A stretch of DNA of 64,000 bases from the human T2T-CHM13v2.0 reference genome, Homo sapiens (GCF_009914755.1 NC_060936.1), one strand, 5' to 3'; positions 29,201 to 44,289 are shown, counted from the first letter of the stretch. Notes: generated from the sequence alone by a model not told the origin. Made by a program: numbers and translations.

Positions 29201-30977
29201 AATAACTATAAAAGGAAGTACAAGCACCTCTGCCCCCAGGAGCCACAGTCCCTCCTTGTTTTCTACAGAGACACAAAAAAGCTGGGGTATGGGACAAACA
29301 GGAAGAAACCCACCCATTTCTGACATATCTATCAGATACCCTGGAGGAACTAAGTCAAGGTTATTCTCAGAGGAGACCTACTAAGATTTCAATTCACCCA
29401 CTGCACTAAGCCTCCCCTGCTTCCCCACCCCACCCAAGCCTTTCCCTCTCTCACTCCTTCAGCTTGGATTCCTTCAAGTGCAAAGGAAACAAGTCTTTCA
29501 TTATTCATTCAACCACCATCTGTGATTTGCCTGCCAGGAACTGAGCTAGATGCTTGGGCTGCTGCAGTGAGCAACTCAGAGCCCAAGGATTCATAAAGCT
29601 TGTATTTATAAAAGGCTTGAATTCAAAGGACTTGTTTGGTTTACCACATCAATTAAAATTCGTTCACATTAAATTAACATTCTGTGTATTAATCAACAAA
29701 TACAATGGATACAAAACCAATTTCTGATGGAAAAAAAAAAAGGTATGGAGTTCCTTAAGCCAGAAAGAGGGCAGCCTGTTAAAGGGTAACAGAAAGTAAA
29801 AGGTAGAGAAACAGAACTTTGAAACATTTTATAAATTTGCCAAGGGGTAGCCCTGTTTGCTTACATCTGGGCAGGGCTAAAAGCCACTCTGCTCAGTTTT
29901 TTTTGTCTTGCCAATGCCTAGAGGCAGTTCTGCCTGGCTTGATTTATGAAGGAGATTGGAGCATATTTATTTCAACACTGCCTCTTTCCCTGAGGATTTG
30001 TTAATTGAGGTATCACCTTTCAAGAATCATTGAGTAAAACTAATATGTTACATTGTATGTTTCTGATTTCCACCAGAGCAATTATTTCACAATGTGTATG
30101 AAAGGGAAGACCTCACTCCTGAGTATGTCAAATAGAAAGCAGCTCATTCAGGACCAAACTAGAAGTTGATTTCCCTAATTTACACACCGGAATTAGACTT
30201 TGTTTCATTTCTTTATCTTATTTCTAGAAATGAAATTATAAATTTCTTCTGACAGGTTGGCACAGATTATTTTTAAGTGCTCATAGTTCAGTTATCTTTG
30301 GGTTGTCTTTGGCCAGCATTCAGCAGAAGTCCATCAAATAACTTTGTAACACCCAAGATTGTACACTTAACCATTTTTAATATTTTAAGACAGTCACTTC
30401 GTATCTAGAAAGATTATAAAATAACCTAGTAATAAGTTTCTTGGACTCACAGAAATTTGGGTAAGTGAAAATGGTGGCCCTTAGGTATTTTTATGTTTCT
30501 AAAAGTCCAACAAAAATCAAATGATACATCTGCACAAGTGCCAACAACAACAACAAAAAGTTTATCTGCTTTTGGCGGCAATTGTACCAACTCACATTCA
30601 TCAGACATCTGATTGACAATCACATGTTGTTATTTAATAAAATAAATATTATTTTTCGCTTAATAAAGACATTTTGTAGACAAAGTATTTTAAAGCCTGA
30701 GTACATGAGAGAAGTGTCAATTAAGAAACAGGTCCTTGGTATTGAAAAGTCTGGAGAAACCTAGAATAGATGATAAGACATCACAAAATTCTGTTCCTTT
30801 TGCACCCATTGCTTTTGAATGCAAAGCTATTTAGCAGGTTGTATTTCTACTTTCTTATCCCTGCACACAGGTCTCCCTCCACCCCATCACTCCCACCTAT
30901 GAACTAAAACAAAACACACCAGAGAAGTGGGATTTTCAGGGCAGCTTCTCTTTGCAAATTAAACAATCAAAGTGACT

Positions 30978-31118
30978 TGTTGCCTGTCATCCCAGCCACC
31001 TGAGAACCTGAGACAGGAAGATTGCTTGAACCCAGGAGTTCAAGGCTGCAGTGAGCTACGATCACGCCACTGTATTCCCCACTGGGCAACAGAGTGAGAT
31101 CCTGTCTCAAAACAAAAA
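30978..31118 (+). mobile_element. Alu right monomer (FRAM/AluJ fragment)
   Basis: GCCTGTCATCCCAGC...GAGTTCAAGGCTGCAGTGAGCTACGATC...GTCTCAAAA. Confidence 0.85.
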
Positions 31119-31342
31119 TTACTAGCATTGTTGGTATATTTTTGTGGCAACACCAGCCTAGAGTTAATCTTTGGATATTAGTGACGATCATTTTCTCTCT
31201 GCTCACTGGAGGGGCTTTTACCCAGCATGAAAGCCCACTAAAATCCACATGGGCATCCCTGCTCCAGAGAAGGTTTGAACAAGGACATCTCTGGTTAACA
31301 TACCCCTTATGTATTCATTTGTTTGAAGAACAACCAGCTTAT

Positions 31343-32970
31343 TCAATATCATGAAAATGGCCATACTGCCCAAAATACTTCATAGATTCAATGCTATCCC
31401 CATCAAACTACCATTGACATTCTTCACAGAATTAGAAAAAACTACTGTAAATTTCATATGGAACCAAAAAGAGAGCCCACATAGCCAAGACAATCCTAAG
31501 CAAAAAGGAAAAAAGCTGGAGGCATCACGCTACCTGACTTCAAACTATACTATAAGGCTACAGTAACGAAAACAGCATTGTACTGGTACCAAAACAGATA
31601 TATATATAGACCAACGGAACAGAACAGAGGCCTCAGAAATAACGCCAAACAACTACAACCATCTGATTTTTGACAAGCCTGACAAAAAACAAGCAATGGG
31701 GAAAGGATTTCCTATTTAATAAATGGTGCTGGGAAAACTGGCTAGCCATATGCAGAAAACTGAAACTGGACCCCTTCCTTACACCTTATACAAAAATCAA
31801 CTCAAGATGGATTAAAGATTTAAATGTAAGACCTAAAACCATAAAAACCCTAGAAGAAAACCTAGGCAATACCATTCAGGACAAAGGCATGGGCAAACAC
31901 TTCATGACTAAAACACCAAAAGCAATGGCAACAAAAGTCAAAATTAACAAATGAGAGATCTAATTAAACTAAAGAGCTTCTGCACAGCAAAAGAAACTAT
32001 CATCAGAGTGAACAGGCAACCTACAGAATGGGAGAGAAATCTTGCAGTCTATCCATCTGACAAAGGGCTAATATCCAGAATATACAAAGAACTTAAACAA
32101 ATTTACAAGAAAAAAACAAACAACCCCATCAAAAAGTGGGCAAAGGATATGAACAGACACTTCTCAAAAGAAGACATTTATGCAGCCAAACAAACATATG
32201 AAAAAAAGCTCATCATCACTGGTCATTAGAGAAATGCAAATCAAAACCACAATGAGATACCATCTCACACCAGTTAGAATGGTGATCATTAAAAAGTCAG
32301 GAAACAACAGATGCTGGAGAGGATGTGGAGAAATAGGAACACTTTTACATTGTTGGAAGGAGTGTAAATTAGTTCAACCATTGTGGAAGACAGTGTGGCG
32401 ATTCCTCAAGGATCTAGAACCAGAAATACCATTTGACTCAGCAATCCCATTACTGGGTATATACCCAAAGGATTATAAATCATTCTACTATAAAGACATA
32501 TGCACATGCATGTTTATTCCGGCACTATTCACAATAGCAAAGACTTGGAACCAACCCAAATGCCCATCAATGATAGACTGGATAAAGAAAATGTGGCACG
32601 TATACACCATGGAATACTATGCAGGCATAAAAAAGGATGAGTTCATGTCCTTTGTAGGGACATGGATGAAGCTGGAAACCATCATTCTCAGCAGACTAAC
32701 ACAAGAACAGAAAACCAAACACCACATATTCTCACTTATAAGTGGAAGTTGAACAGTGAGAACACATGGACACAGGGAAGGGAACATCACACATGGAGCC
32801 TGTTGGAGGGTGGGGGCCTAGGAGAGGGATAGCATTAGAAGAAATACCTAATGTAGATGATGGGTTGATGGGTGCAGCAAACCACCATAGCACATGTATA
32901 CCTATGTAACAAACCTGCACATTCTGCACATGTACCCCAGGACTTAAAGTACAATATAAATAAATAAATA
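31343..32970 (+). mobile_element. 5'-truncated L1PA7-like LINE-1 (ORF2 C-terminal part and 3'UTR)
   Basis: Frameshifted ORF2 pieces (MAILPK..., WCWENWL..., CWRGCGE...); 3'UTR TAATGTAGATGATGGGTTGATGGGTGCAGCAAACC; (TAAA)n tail; no TSD seen. Confidence 0.92.
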
Positions 32971-34139
32971 TTTTTTAAAAACTTCCTGAACGGAGTCTTT
33001 ACCAAAAGACTTCCATCATTTGTTAGAAGTGAATTCTAGATCAAACCCAGTGTTACCCAAAATTAAATGTGAATGTGTATAGCAAAGTCAAAGAGAGATA
33101 GGAAAAAGGCAGGGATTGCCCATTCCCCCCACATAGAAGGCAAGTGAGCAATAGTTTCTTGTACTCTCTTTTAGTCAAGAGTGGATATAATCATAATGAC
33201 AATAACAATAATGCACAAAACAAGTATTTCATTAATACTTTCTTTCCAAAAAAAAAAAAATGAAATGCTTCATAGGATTCTCCACAAGCTAGGGTCGGCA
33301 TCTCACAGGGGGACTTAAGCTAGCATAAACAAACTCACATGGTTAGCCTTGTCTGGACTGTGTTGGGAGTAAAACAGCTCTCCTCCATCCCAAGCAGGGG
33401 GACTCTGGCATATGTAGCTTCAGATACTGCAGAGCCAAACAGAATAGAACAAAATGGATGCTGTTTTTTGTACATTCTGTTTATTTCAGCTAGTAAATAT
33501 ACTTACTATGAGCCATAAATACATGTTATTCACATCCTACATTTTTAAAATTTTTTTCTTTATTCCATAGGCAATGAAAAGCCATGAAAATTTTCTGAAC
33601 AAGCAAATGACATTGTCGAACTTGTGCGTAGGAAGACAACTCTGGTGGCTGTGGGAAGGATAAACAGGATGATGGAGAGACTGAGGGGTAGCCAGATAAG
33701 GAGCTCCTTGCTAAAGATGGTGCCAGGCCAAACCAGGGTAAAGACAGAATGCTCAAGGGGGTGATAGATAAAAGAAACATTGCAAAGAATAAAAATCTCT
33801 AGCAGTTAGCTCCAAAGCTGTTCAGTAACTTGTGTTTCTACTTTCTTAGCCCTGTTCACAGGTCTCCCTCCACCTCATCACTCCCACCTATGAACTCAAA
33901 CCAAACACATCAGAGGGATGGGAGAGGGAGAAGCAGAAATGATGCTGAAAAACCAGCTAGAGGAGAAAGACATGTATGGATAAGCTCTAAAGTAAGAAGA
34001 CATTCTGGGGTGATTTTACAGATGCCTGTGAACCCCTGCCCATGTGCTCCAGTGAATGGTGACTGACCATATGACCTGCTCAAATGGCTGGCTGTTACCT
34101 GCCTCCAGCCAAAAGGGGAGAAGAAAGCCCATGGGTACA

Positions 34140-34360
34140 GCACAGTAGAAAAAGCACAATGTTGGAGTTAATTGCCTGGGGTTTGAATACCTGTATCCAC
34201 CCTTCTCTCCCCATCTCTGTGTGATCTGGGGCAAGCTATAATCCTCTCTGAGCCAGTGCTTCCTTGTCTGAAAATAAGGATAATACTCTCATTAGGATTG
34301 CTATGAAAATAGTCATATGCAGAACTGGCATTCCTCAGGGGCCTCATAATTAGTAATGGT
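34140..34360 (+). mobile_element. MIR
   Basis: TGTGTGATCTGGGGCAAG...CTCTCTGAGCCAGTGCTTCCTTGTCTGAAAAT core. Confidence 0.7.
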
Positions 34361-34704
34361 TATTATCAGCCACACAAATGTTTCTGTACTGGGGCTCAGA
34401 GACAATGCATGACTTTTCCAGGTTTGCACAATATTATCATTATAAAACCAGAACTCCAAGTCATGGTGTCTATAGTATTTTTCCCCTAAGGCTGTACTTC
34501 CAAAAAAAACCAGGGACGAGAGACACTTCCTCCTACATAGCTTCATGTTCTCTGTGTCCTCTGCATACTTTCTTTTGAGATCCTGAACAATGTCCAAGGC
34601 AAACCACTAAAGACTTTCATTCCCACTATCAAACACTTTTTTGCTTCTACGGTGTCATTTCCTTTAGCCCATGTTAAACTTTTTGAATGACATAATTTAC
34701 AGCA

Positions 34705-35230
34705 TTGTTTTATGTACCTATTGTGACACAACAAACTGCCTCAGAAGTTACTAACTTGAAACAACAATTTGTTATTTTTCTCAATTCGGTACCTTGGCTG
34801 GGCTCAGGTGGATGGTTCTTCTGTTTCACATGGCATCAGCTGGGATCACCCTTGCAGCTGCCTTTAGCTGGGAGCTCAGCTGGAAAGTCCAAGATGGCTT
34901 CACTCATACATGTGGTGAGTCTGTGGGTGTGACTGGGATAGCTGGGCACTGTCTTGGCTTCTCTCTCTACATATCTTTCAGCTGTCTTGCTCAGTCTTCT
35001 TTACATAGCAGCTGGCTCCCAAGAAGTGAAGCAGAAGTTGCCAGGCCCAGGCTCAGAAATCCAGAAGGTCACCTTCACTGCATTCTGTTGGTCCAAGCAA
35101 GTCACAAGGTCAGGCCAGGTGCAAAGAGAGGAAAATAGAGCATATCTTTGGATGCGGACATCCTTCCACAAGGATAGGGAGAAATTGTTGGGAGGAAGTA
35201 TTGGTGACCGTCTTTGAAAGTACCCACCAG
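34705..35230 (-). mobile_element. Old MLT1 (H-K type) LTR
   Basis: AACTTGAAACAACAATTTGTTATT...TCCAAGATGGCTTCACTCA...CTGCATTCTGTTGGTCCAAGCAAGTCACAAGG. Confidence 0.7.
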
Positions 35231-35388
35231 AAATATTATTTGTAAAATCTGGGTTTCAGAGTCCATAGAAAACTACTCAATTATGACTTTTTAGAAAATA
35301 TCTCATCCATTCACAAACAAAAGTTATTTTGTGTAAACATTCTAACAACTTTTACCCTTGATTTCCTCGGAAACATTTATTTGAGGAT

Positions 35389-35836
35389 TGTAGTAGATTG
35401 GATAATGACCTTCAAAAAGACATCCAAACCCCTAGAATCTGTGAATGTGACCTTATTCGGAAAAAGAGTGAAGATGTAATTAAGAATCTTGAGAGAAGAT
35501 CTAACTAGATTACCCAGGTGGATCCTAAACCCAACGACTAGTGTCCTAATAAGAGACAAAGAAGGAGAAAACACATAGAGGAGAGGTAACATGAAGATGG
35601 AGGCAGAGGCTGGAGTGATGCGGCCTTACATCAAGGAAGCCAGTGAATGCCTGGGGCCACTGGAAGCTGAAAAGGCAAAAATGGATTCTCCCTTACAGCC
35701 CCCAGAGGAAGTATGGTCCTGCCAACACCTTGATCCAAGACTTCTGTCCTCCAGCACTTTAAGAGAATACATTGCTGTTGTTTCAGGCCACCCAGTTTTC
35801 TGTAATTTGTTATGGCAGCCATGAGAAACTCATACA
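35389..35836 (+). mobile_element. MLT1C-type solo LTR
   Basis: TG...CTGTGAATGTGACCTTATT...GAAGATGGAGGCAGAG...TTTGTTATGGCAGCC...ACTCATACA. Confidence 0.85.
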
Positions 35837-36450
35837 AGTACCTTCCCTCTTTATGATTAAGACTAAATGTTTGCCTACCATTTGGGGATTGTGATTTATA
35901 AGGCAATGGCTGTGACTCTTGGCTCCTATTTCTCCACACACTCAGCAGAGTTATCGAGTAAGGGCTTTACCAGAAAACTCACCTCTGTGGAGGTCCTGAG
36001 CCAATCCTGACAGGAACACATAAGATGTTAGAAGTCTCTGCCTCGCCAGATCCTTCTGAAAACATCTTGCTGCTCACAGTTACCTGAGCCACAGCCCCTC
36101 CCTACATCACCTTCGCTCATTCCTGGGTGGACTCAAGCTTTGGGATCAGACAGAGTTGAAGTTGCAACAGGATAACATACATGTAAATTCTCAGAGCTCT
36201 TGCTTCTTTCTCAGTAAAATGGAATGATATCACCTTCCTCACAGATCTACTTCAAAAATTAAAATTAAGTAAACCATCTGGCACATAGTAGGACCTCAAG
36301 AAATGGTGCCCATTATCACTACTACTTTTAAGCGGTACACAGTTGCTTATCTGTTTCATATACCTGATGCTCAGTGGGGCTGGAGCCATACTCTAAACCC
36401 CAATCTGATTAGCAAAGCCTCTGACCCCTTTCCTAACCTTTGCCAGCTAA

Positions 36451-36684
<234 letters not shown>

Positions 36685-36788
36685 TGATTCCGACCTTCCC
36701 CTTCACACAGGTTTTACTCTCCAACAAACTTTTCACACTCCTAACTCCAGCTCCTCCTCACTGGACCCAGCTGACATCTACCCTACCA

Positions 36789-36990
36789 CAGTGGTTCTCA
36801 AAAATATGTAGTCCCAAAACCAGCAAGCATCATCAGCATCACCTGGGAACCTATTAAAAATGCAGATCTCAGACCCTAACCCTAATCCAGACCTACTGAC
36901 TCAGAAACTCTGAGGTGGTCAGGCCCAGCATCTGTATGTATGTAACAAGCCCTCTAGGAGACTCTGACGCACGCATTCTAAGAACTGCAG
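36789..36990. mobile_element. MER5A
   Basis: CAGTGGTTCTCAAA...CATCAGCATCACCTGGGA...AGAACTGCAG. Confidence 0.8.
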
Positions 36991-37159
36991 CCCTACTATA
37001 TTTCAGTAAGAGTTCACATTACCTGATTGCCTCTGCAGTAAATGAATCACCTGCCTGGGGTTCTGTAAGAGATGCTGCTACCCACCTCTGCAGACCACTC
37101 AAATAAAGAGGACTACATCGTTTGCTGGGCAGCAAGACCTTGCCAAAACCCAAGGCTGC

Positions 37160-37375
37160 TTTCTTTTTATTATTATTATTATTATACTTTAAGTTCTAGG
37201 GTACATGTGCACAACGTGCAGGTTTGTGACATATGTATACATGTGCCATGTTGGTGTGCTGCACCCAGTAACTCGTCATTTACATTAGGTATACCTCCTA
37301 ATGCTTTCCCTCCCCCCTCCCCCACCCCACAACAGGCCCCGGTGTGTGATGTTCCCCTTCCTGTGTCCAAGTGTT
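37160..37375 (-). mobile_element. L1PA5-like 3'UTR-only insertion (~215 bp)
   Basis: TATACTTTAAGTTCTAGGGTACATGTGCAC...CTGTGTCCAAGTGTT with (TTA)n tail; no TSD seen. Confidence 0.9.
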
Positions 37376-38494
37376 GACACACTGGATAGGCCCAGTTTCT
37401 GTCTCTCCAAACCCAGACTCTCACCCGCCTAGCCACTCCACTGGAAGTAATGGAATCAATGCAGTAAAGTTAACAGCAAGGTCAAAATCAGAGTTTGAAC
37501 TGTAAAGGTACAATATCTGACATTTATTTTGCCAACTGCTTTCTATAGCATCTCAAGTGTTTAACAAATAATACCTTCTAATATTTAATTTTTCAGGGCT
37601 CATGGTGTATTTGATGCTTCATAGGATGTGGATTCAGAGATCAATTTTATCCTGCTCTTAAATTCTGCATTTATCTTGCCAGGACCCCGTGAGCTAGGCT
37701 GTAAAAGCAAACCATGTTGACAAAATTCGGAGCCTACTGTAAGCACCCAACCGCTGGGGTATTCCTTGCACTGACCCACCCTGGAGCCAATCCTCAGCCT
37801 CTTTGGCCCCTCCTTGAAATAGTTCAAATAGATTCTGTTATTAAAGCTTCCTCCTTAATTACTGACATATGTGCAATTCAGGTTACTTTCTTGCAATTAT
37901 GTTATTCAGCAATAATTGGATTTCTAGTTTTAATTGGACCCTAAATTAGCAATAGCTTTCATGAACACCATTACAGTGATTTCTAGCTATAGTTTTTGCT
38001 GCTTTTTGAGTACATTATATTTCAAACAGAATGAATCACCAGGAAAAGAAGTCACAGCTGCAGTGAACTCTTGCATGGGTTCCTATTAATGATTAAGAGT
38101 TGGGTGCTATTCTGTTGTAACTAAACATTTGCTACAACTATTACCCACTGAGCATTGCTGTGTCACAAGGCTGCCTCCTGCCCAGGATGAGAGCACATAA
38201 TTGTGTTGGGATGAAGATCCAGCCACATGACTAGATATTTACTCAGCTAAACGGGGAAGAGAATCTTTTTCTTACCACCTGCTACTGCAGATAAACACTT
38301 GAAAATAAAACAAAAGAAAACCAAACTCTTCTTAAAAGCTGCTGAAATCAAAATTTTGCTGAAACTACCAAAAGCATAATCCCATTGCTATCTTCCTTTC
38401 CTAAAGGGACTATTTACTCAAATCAGTGCAACAAATATTTGCTGAGCATTGGCAATGTGCTGGTTATTGAAAAGGATGCTAAGCTAGTAAGAGA

Positions 38495-38740
38495 CAACAT
38501 AGTGATGTGGTTAAGAGCATGAGATTTGGAGTCAGGCCTCCTGGGTTAGAATTACAGCTCTGCTGCTTCTTGGCGGTATGACCTCCAGCAAATTACTTAC
38601 TCTCTCCGTGGTTCTTTTTCCTTATTTGACAAATATACCGCAAAGTTCTTGTGTGGATTAAATGACTTCCTACATGTAAAGGACTTTTTAAAGCACCTGG
38701 CACATGGTAAGCACTTACTAATGCTCATTTTATTATTCTA
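38495..38740 (+). mobile_element. MIR
   Basis: GTGGTTAAGAGCATG...TTGGAGTCAG...CCTGGCACATGGTAAGCACT. Confidence 0.8.
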
Positions 38741-38929
38741 GTTCAAGGTAACAAAGACGTCATCTGTCTTGTCCATCACTGTATTCCCTAGCCTCCAGAA
38801 TAGTGACTGATTGATAGATGATAAGTGCTCAAGAGATGTCTTTTGTCTAATAGGGAAGCCCAACACTACAGGAAGTGCCCAAAGAAGGGGGGAATTTAAA
38901 GAAGAGAGGAATTAGATCTAGTTTGGGAG

Positions 38930-39655
38930 TGTATCAGTCAGGATCTTGGCAGGAAACAGAGCACATTCAAAGGGGATGATTAAAGAGCATTTCATGAAAT
39001 AGCTACTTAAAAAGTTATGGGGGCAGATTAAGAGAAACAAACAAAAATGGTGAAGGATCACAGAGTCAGCAAGAACAGAGAACTATTACCACCCATCTTA
39101 GTCCATTTTCCTGCTGCTATAAAGAACTGCAGTATTCTGGGTATTTTACAAAGGACAGAGGTTTAACTGACTCACAGTTCTGCATGGCTGGGAGGCCTCA
39201 GGAAACTTACAATCATGGTGGAAGGGGAAGCAAACATGTTCTTCACGTGATGGCAGGAAGGAGAAGTGTCTAGCAAAGAGGGAAAAGCCCTTTATAAAAC
39301 CATCAGATCTCATGAGAACTCACTCACTATCATGAGAACAGCAGCATGGGGGTAATAGTCCCCATGATTCAATTACCTCCCACCAGCTTCCTCCCACAAC
39401 ATGTGGGGATTATGGGAACTACAGTTCAAAGTGAGATTAGGGTGGGGACATAGCCAAACCATATCACAGCCTCAGACTCACAGGGGCCCAAAAGAGCTGT
39501 GGAGAGAGCTCCTGACAGGAGCAATGGCCTTCAGCAACGAGTACAGTCTCTGCTGACCTCCAGCCACACAGGAGGGGAGCCAGGGGAATCAAGACCCTGA
39601 CCTCTCTCTCATGTCCTCTGATCTTGTCCTGTTGGCCAAACCCAATGGGAAGCAA
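38930..39655 (-). mobile_element. LTR33-like ERVL LTR split by THE1
   Basis: TGTATCAGTCAGGATCTTGGCAGGAAACAGA...TTACCACCC[THE1]...TTGGCCAAACCCAA. Confidence 0.6.
39095..39466 (-). mobile_element. THE1C/D solo LTR
   Basis: TTAGTCCATTTTC...GGCCTCAGGAAACTTACAATCATGG...AGCCAAACCATATCA. Confidence 0.9.
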
Positions 39656-39659
39656 TATA

Positions 39660-39950
39660 TGTGATTCTTTATTTTTGCATTAAATAATAAAATCTAGACA
39701 CAGGTATAGTAATGACCATAAATTTGAAGTGGAAATAAGTGAAAATGCTATTTTTATACATCTGCTAAACCAATAATGTAATATGGAAAAAAATCCATGG
39801 TTTTTATGGCCAAACAAAGTTTCTTGGGGTTTGTTGCCTATATTTATAGTTGAAGAAAATGCTAAATTTCAGCTAGAAGTTAATGAAAATAAAGATGTAG
39901 GGTTTTTGTCTCCTCCAAGTTCACGCACTCCTTGAATTAAGTACCCCTGG
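39660..39950. mobile_element. hAT-Charlie-type DNA transposon fragment
   Basis: TTAATGAAAATAAAGATG...CCAAGTTCAC...TTAAGTACCCCTG terminus. Confidence 0.5.
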
Positions 39951-40194
39951 CCTAGTCCTGTTATGCCTGTTTTCATCTTCCCAATAGGCAGAGGCTACTG
40001 AAGGCAAAATTTACAGGGCTTTCCTAGAGGAGTGTTGATTCAGAAGGCCATTACTTTTCTCTTGAAGGGAGACTATGGTTGAGCTAATTAGATTTGTGGA
40101 GACTTTTCTGTGTCCCTGTAAAGCCTAATACATAGTATGAGTGAGGTGGTCATGGATAACTTATGAAGACCATCTCATTAGCCTATAATCATTG

Positions 40195-41306
<1,112 letters not shown>

Positions 41307-41519
41307 TTAAGTTTAAGAAAAGACTTTAAGGAGGTAAGACCAATCACACTACCTTAACAAATTAGTTATCTCACCCAAAAGCAGCCACACATTCTTCTAT
41401 GTCAGTAGGAGCAGCACAAGAATGGATTTAAGAATCCTTGTCCCTGTCTTCTCTTTGAAAGTTGACATTTTCTGGACATAGTTTCCTCATCTCTGAAAGA
41501 GGAGAGCTGGACTAGGTCA

Positions 41520-41732
41520 ACAGTTATAGAACTATCACCAGCACACCCTAGGGTGGTGGGGTGCATCTGGGGTGTTGGAGAGAGATGATATGAGAGGCTA
41601 AGTAGACAAAGACTTGAGTCACTTCCCCAACTTCAACCTTTGATCTGTTTTATACAATGGGGCCGCAAGTCAGATTTTGTTTTTAAAAAAATTGTTTCCC
41701 TACAAACCAAAGGAAAAAAGTTTGAAAGCCAT
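41520..41732. mobile_element. MER102-like hAT element
   Basis: GATCTGTTTTATACAATGGGG...AAAAAAGTTTGAAAGCCA terminus. Confidence 0.55.
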
Positions 41733-42169
41733 TAAGTAGTGATTGAAGAATTTTTCCTTTTAAATAATTGTCATGATCCAAAAGAAAAATCTTGACAATA
41801 TTGTCTACTGCTGCCTGCATGTTCACTTCTCACAGCTTGCCATGACTTCACTACTTCTTTTGGTTTTATTTCATTGCTTTCCACACAGAGGTATTTACAG
41901 TGATGATCATGAGTTTCAAAACAAGTCTAATGAAACGTGCATTTTCTTAGGATTCTGAGTTCCCAGAACAAACAAGCATTGATTTTGGGAACCAAATTAT
42001 ACACCACCCGGTCGAGGAGGAGGCTGCCCAGGAGGGTAAAGCGTCCTGCGTCTCCTTGCCCTACCAGCACCATGCTACCCCAGCATCCCTACCTGCTCCA
42101 CTAATGCATTCCCGATTAATTTTAATAAGGAAATATCTGATTATCCCCATTTAAAAGAGTCTTCCAACC

Positions 42170-42209
42170 TACACACACACACACACACACTCACACACAC
42201 ACACACACA
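42170..42209. repeat. (CA)n microsatellite
   Basis: Direct read of the sequence. Confidence 0.95.
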
Positions 42210-44289
42210 TGCTCACCCACAGGAGTTTTCTAATAAGCGATAGATCCTTGGTACAGGGTCCCCTTCAGTCAGATGTCAGACATAGCACAGCCACATAACT
42301 GATTATATTGCTCTCCCCATAAATATTCTACCACCAAGGAAGAGATTTATGATATTGTATCTTCAGTTCAATTTTCAGAACGATTTACAGCTCACATATA
42401 TCCAAAAACTTATTACCAACTGCATTATTTGAAAACAAAGCGATAACCTGCTATCCTCCAAGAGGACCAAAGGAGGCTTCAGCGGCGCCTTCTATCTATC
42501 TCCACACTATCTCTGCCACTCCTATTACTATAATAAATATAACAAACATTTTAAGTGAAATTACAAAGCACACGGGCTACATGGTGGGTAGTAGTCTATT
42601 AAGTGAAAAGCCTTCAGAGGACCACATATTTGTCTTCAGACTGGGAACCTTGACAAGACTTTTCAAGAAACAGAGGGGCCTAAAGCAGAGATTGTGCCGA
42701 GAAACAATGAGCCCCTGGGAGCATGTTCCTGCTGATAACAACCAGCTTTCGAAAATGCGACACCACATAGCACAGAGGCTGAGTTTACTCATTCTTAATG
42801 TGCTGCATCCACCTGACTTCATGGCTTAGGTTCCATCCCTAAGCAGACCCATGCAACCTTGCAGTGTGTTCCTATTAACCCCAGATGCACATCAGAAGCC
42901 CTGAGGGAACTTCAAAAGAATATACTGATTCCTAGCCCCATATTTAGTGATTCTGATTTAATCAGTCTCAGGTAGGGCCTGGACATCAGCATTTTTCCAA
43001 AGCAGAACTGCCCCCATCCCCAACCCATGATTCTACCACTAGAGCAGAGTTGAGAACCTCTGACACGATGGCTGTGAGCTTTCAACTCTGCAGCTGTGAA
43101 GTACAGCTAGCAGGCACGCACTTTGACAAGTTGTGTGAATGGATATACAGGTCCGGCTTGTTAACCTTAATGGCCCACACCAGTGCCTGGCACACTTTAA
43201 TAACTCAAAAATATGGGTTGAATTAACTGGTGCATAAACACCAAGTTCTGGGAATGGTATTACATCTTAGTCATAAATAAATGGCAGCTAATATTGTTAT
43301 TCAAAATGCCTTTTAAAACCTTTTAATTTATAGTTTTCTCCAACAAAAGTGTTTTATTTGACTCTTGTTTTTCCATCCTAAAGGCATTATTTACTTTCTG
43401 GACTAATCTTTTTAACATTATCACATACTATCACATGATAAGGAGAACTATGAAATTCAGTATAAGAAATGTACCAGCACCCAGCACTGGCACGCATCTT
43501 TCTACCCTGAAATGTTTTCCTATGTCCTGTTTCAGTGGTACATTGGAGAAGAAATGCACCTTATCTCCATTTGCCATTCCTCATGTATTGAGAACATACT
43601 TTTAACATACCATGACTAACTTCATACTTTCATGAACATTTATGTCCATAAATTCAACATTCTTGCAAAAACTGAGCAAATATCTGTTTGTAGAAGCAAA
43701 ATCACAAGAAAAATGTCTGTGTGTCCATTTTCACTTTGGTTTCAACAGCATCAAAGTCCTTTGCCGTTCAAGCAGTAGGGAGACACTGGTCATATCTCTG
43801 CTGGAAATGAACCTCATGGTAACACAGTACAATCATTCTGGCCCATTTCATTGATTGGTGCCTGTAGCCACACAATCAATCCCCCTGGGGAAGTAGCTTT
43901 CATGATGTGCACTGGTAATGAAGGCAGGTGAAAGAGTTGGTGCCCCTGAGCTGCATTCCAGGGACCATCTTACATTATTGTTTTTGCGGATATATAATTG
44001 CAAGCTCAATTATACCAGAGAAGGGGAATTTTGAAGAAGTAGCCGGGGACCTTGCCCACACAATGAATGAACCCATTTCATTAAGATTCATCCCAAATTC
44101 CTCCTTCTTTCTCAGTCCAGATTCCTCTCCACTTCACTCAGGCAGCACTGTGATTCCCTTATATTAACCTTCCTTTCAAATCCAAGTACTTCATAGTCAC
44201 GATTTAAAACTTTTGAGTTTCATTCAGATTTTGTCCCTTTGAAAGCCAGCTTCAGACTCCTCTTTAAAATTTGAATAACGTCTGCCCCC

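Noticed and set aside
34313-34734. Protein-like stretch DIVQDLKRKYAEDTENMKL
   Set aside because: No acceptor or donor framing it, non-ATG start, and the ORF runs into a MIR
42478-42500. CTCF-like GGCGCCTTCTATC
   Set aside because: Lacks the TGG end of the core motif; weak match
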